From Hypanus sabinus (taxonomy: Eukaryota): a DNA stretch of 64,000 bases. The position numbers were made by a program, and so were the translations under genes. The notes below the pieces were generated by a model, which was given only the letters and a program-made list of their open reading frames with translations, did no database searches and had not been told where the DNA came from. Shown here piece after piece: positions 62,495-64,000 of the stretch. Numbering within the stretch: the first letter of the stretch is position 1; the number at the start of each line of letters is the position of its first letter. The stretch is taken from the NCBI RefSeq assembly GCF_030144855.1, contig NC_082710.1, positions 152,086,001 through 152,150,000 on the forward strand, written 5' to 3'.

Positions 62495-63830
62495 ATAAGA
62501 TAGAGGATCAGAGGTAGGTCATTTGGCACATCGAGTCTGCTCCACCATTCAGTCATGGACAGATCCAATTCTTCCAGTCATCCCCACTCCCCTGCCTTCA
62601 CTCCATTCCCTTTGATGCCCTGGCTAATCAAGAATCTATTTATCTCTGCCTTAAATACACCCAATGACTTGACCTCCAAAGCCGCACATGGAAACAAATC
62701 CCACAGATTTACCACCCTTTGACTGCAGTAATTTCTCTGCATCTCAGTTCTAAAAGGACATCCTCCAATCCTGAAGTCATGCCCTCTTGTCCTAGCATCT
62801 CCTACCATAGGAAATAACTTTGCTATGTTTAATCTGTTCAGGCCTTTTAACATTTGGAATGTTTCTATGAGATCCCCCCTCATTCTCCTGAACTCCAGGG
62901 AATACAGCCCAAGAGCTGCCAGATGTTCCTCATACAGTAACCCTTTCACTCCTGGAATCATTCCTGTGAATCTTCTCTGAACCCTCTCCAGTGTCAGTAT
63001 ATCCTCCAGGTACTCCATAATCTCAGCCCTAACAATCGATTCCAACACTTCCCAACCACTGATGTCAGGCTAGCAGGTATATAGTTTCATTTCTGCTGCC
63101 TGCCACCCTTGTTAAACAGCAAATGTTAAAATTTGCAATTTTCCAGTCATCTTGTACAATGCCAGAATCCATCACATCTTGAAAGATCTTCATTAAATGC
63201 CTCCACATTCTCTTCAGCTACTTCCTTTGGAACCCAAGGGAACATTCTACCAGATCTAAGAGGTTCAACCACCCTCCCATTAAGTTCCCTGAGCACATTC
63301 TTAGCCATAATTTTCACTGCACAGACTTCAGTTCCCTGACACTCTTGAATGTCCAGTATACTACGGGATGTCTTCCATTGTGAAGACTGATGTAAAATAT
63401 GCATTCAGTTCCTCTGCCATCTTTGTATCTCTCATTACAATAGCTCCAGTGTCATTTTGTATTGGGCTTAAATCTTCCCTCAATTCTCTTTTACCCTTTA
63501 TATAGTTAAAAAAGTTCTTAACATCTTTGTTGACTATCAGTCTTGCTTTTACTTCGGCTCTGACTTCACCTGTCAGCGATAGGGTTGTCCTTCTTCCCCT
63601 TTGAAATTTCTTCTTTTATTTGGAATATATCTGTCTTGCACTTCCATCATTTTTCCACAGAAATTCCAGTCATTGCTGCTCTGCTGTCTTTCCTGCAAAT
63701 GTCCCTTTCCAGTCAACTTCGGTCAGTTCCCCTCTCATGCCATTGTAATTTCCTTTATTCCACTGGGATACTGACACATTGAAATTTGAGAGAGAAAAAA
63801 AATAAAATCCAGAATGAACTCGATCATATT
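62495..63830 (-). mobile_element. CR1 LINE with large internal deletions (endonuclease to 3' tail)
   Basis: SDHNMIEF-like motif at about 63820; LERVQRRFTGMIP and LGLYSLEFRRMRG motifs; tail at about 62497. Confidence 0.88.
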
Positions 63831-64000
63831 GTGATCACTATTCCCCAAGTGTTCCATGCTGCTGTATAGGACTTGTACAGGTCAATAACTTTCAGTAGGA
63901 ATGGCCAATTTGGATACAGGCAGAGAAAGTAAACTATCTAAAAATTGAGAATCTAATATTGAGTTTGAAAGTCTGCAACATGCACAGAAGAAAAATTAGC

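Overview
Eukaryotic (vertebrate) genomic DNA, most likely a cartilaginous fish (shark or ray). This is inferred from abundant HER1-type CR1 LINEs, HE1-like V-SINEs, Penelope and Rex1 elements, GPR139-like receptors and A33/TRIM39-like TRIM exons. Most of the window is decayed and often nested retroelements, so most ORF-track entries are TE fragments or antisense shadows. Host-gene content is mostly invisible in the ORF track and was found by reading splice sites and translating by hand. (1) One apparently intact two-exon class A GPCR of the GPR139-like family, minus strand, join(24607..24538, 20682..19775), 325 aa. (2) A second, decayed GPR139-like copy at about 43720-44455. (3) Two paralogous TRIM/B30.2 (PRY-SPRY) pseudogene segments on the plus strand, inside an approximately 5 kb duplicated block (about 3.8-8.8 kb and 33.4-38.7 kb); each has a broken B30.2 exon. 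(4) An MHC class I-like gene remnant on the minus strand: alpha-3 exon 58600-58866 with a premature stop, and a transmembrane exon 55917-56019. (5) A weak candidate relic of a leader plus Ig-like receptor at 46.9-48.3 kb. The most unusual mobile element is a Gmr1-like (SCAN-capsid) Gypsy LTR element at 9.2-14.1 kb. It lacks integrase, RT and RNase H and instead carries a long ORF that looks like a diverged second capsid/protease segment. Overall this looks like a birth-and-death cluster of immune and receptor genes heavily invaded by TEs. No prokaryotic features, CRISPR arrays, rRNA or tRNA genes were found. TE boundaries are approximate unless a TSD or terminus is cited, and all homology calls are by motif recognition, not database search.
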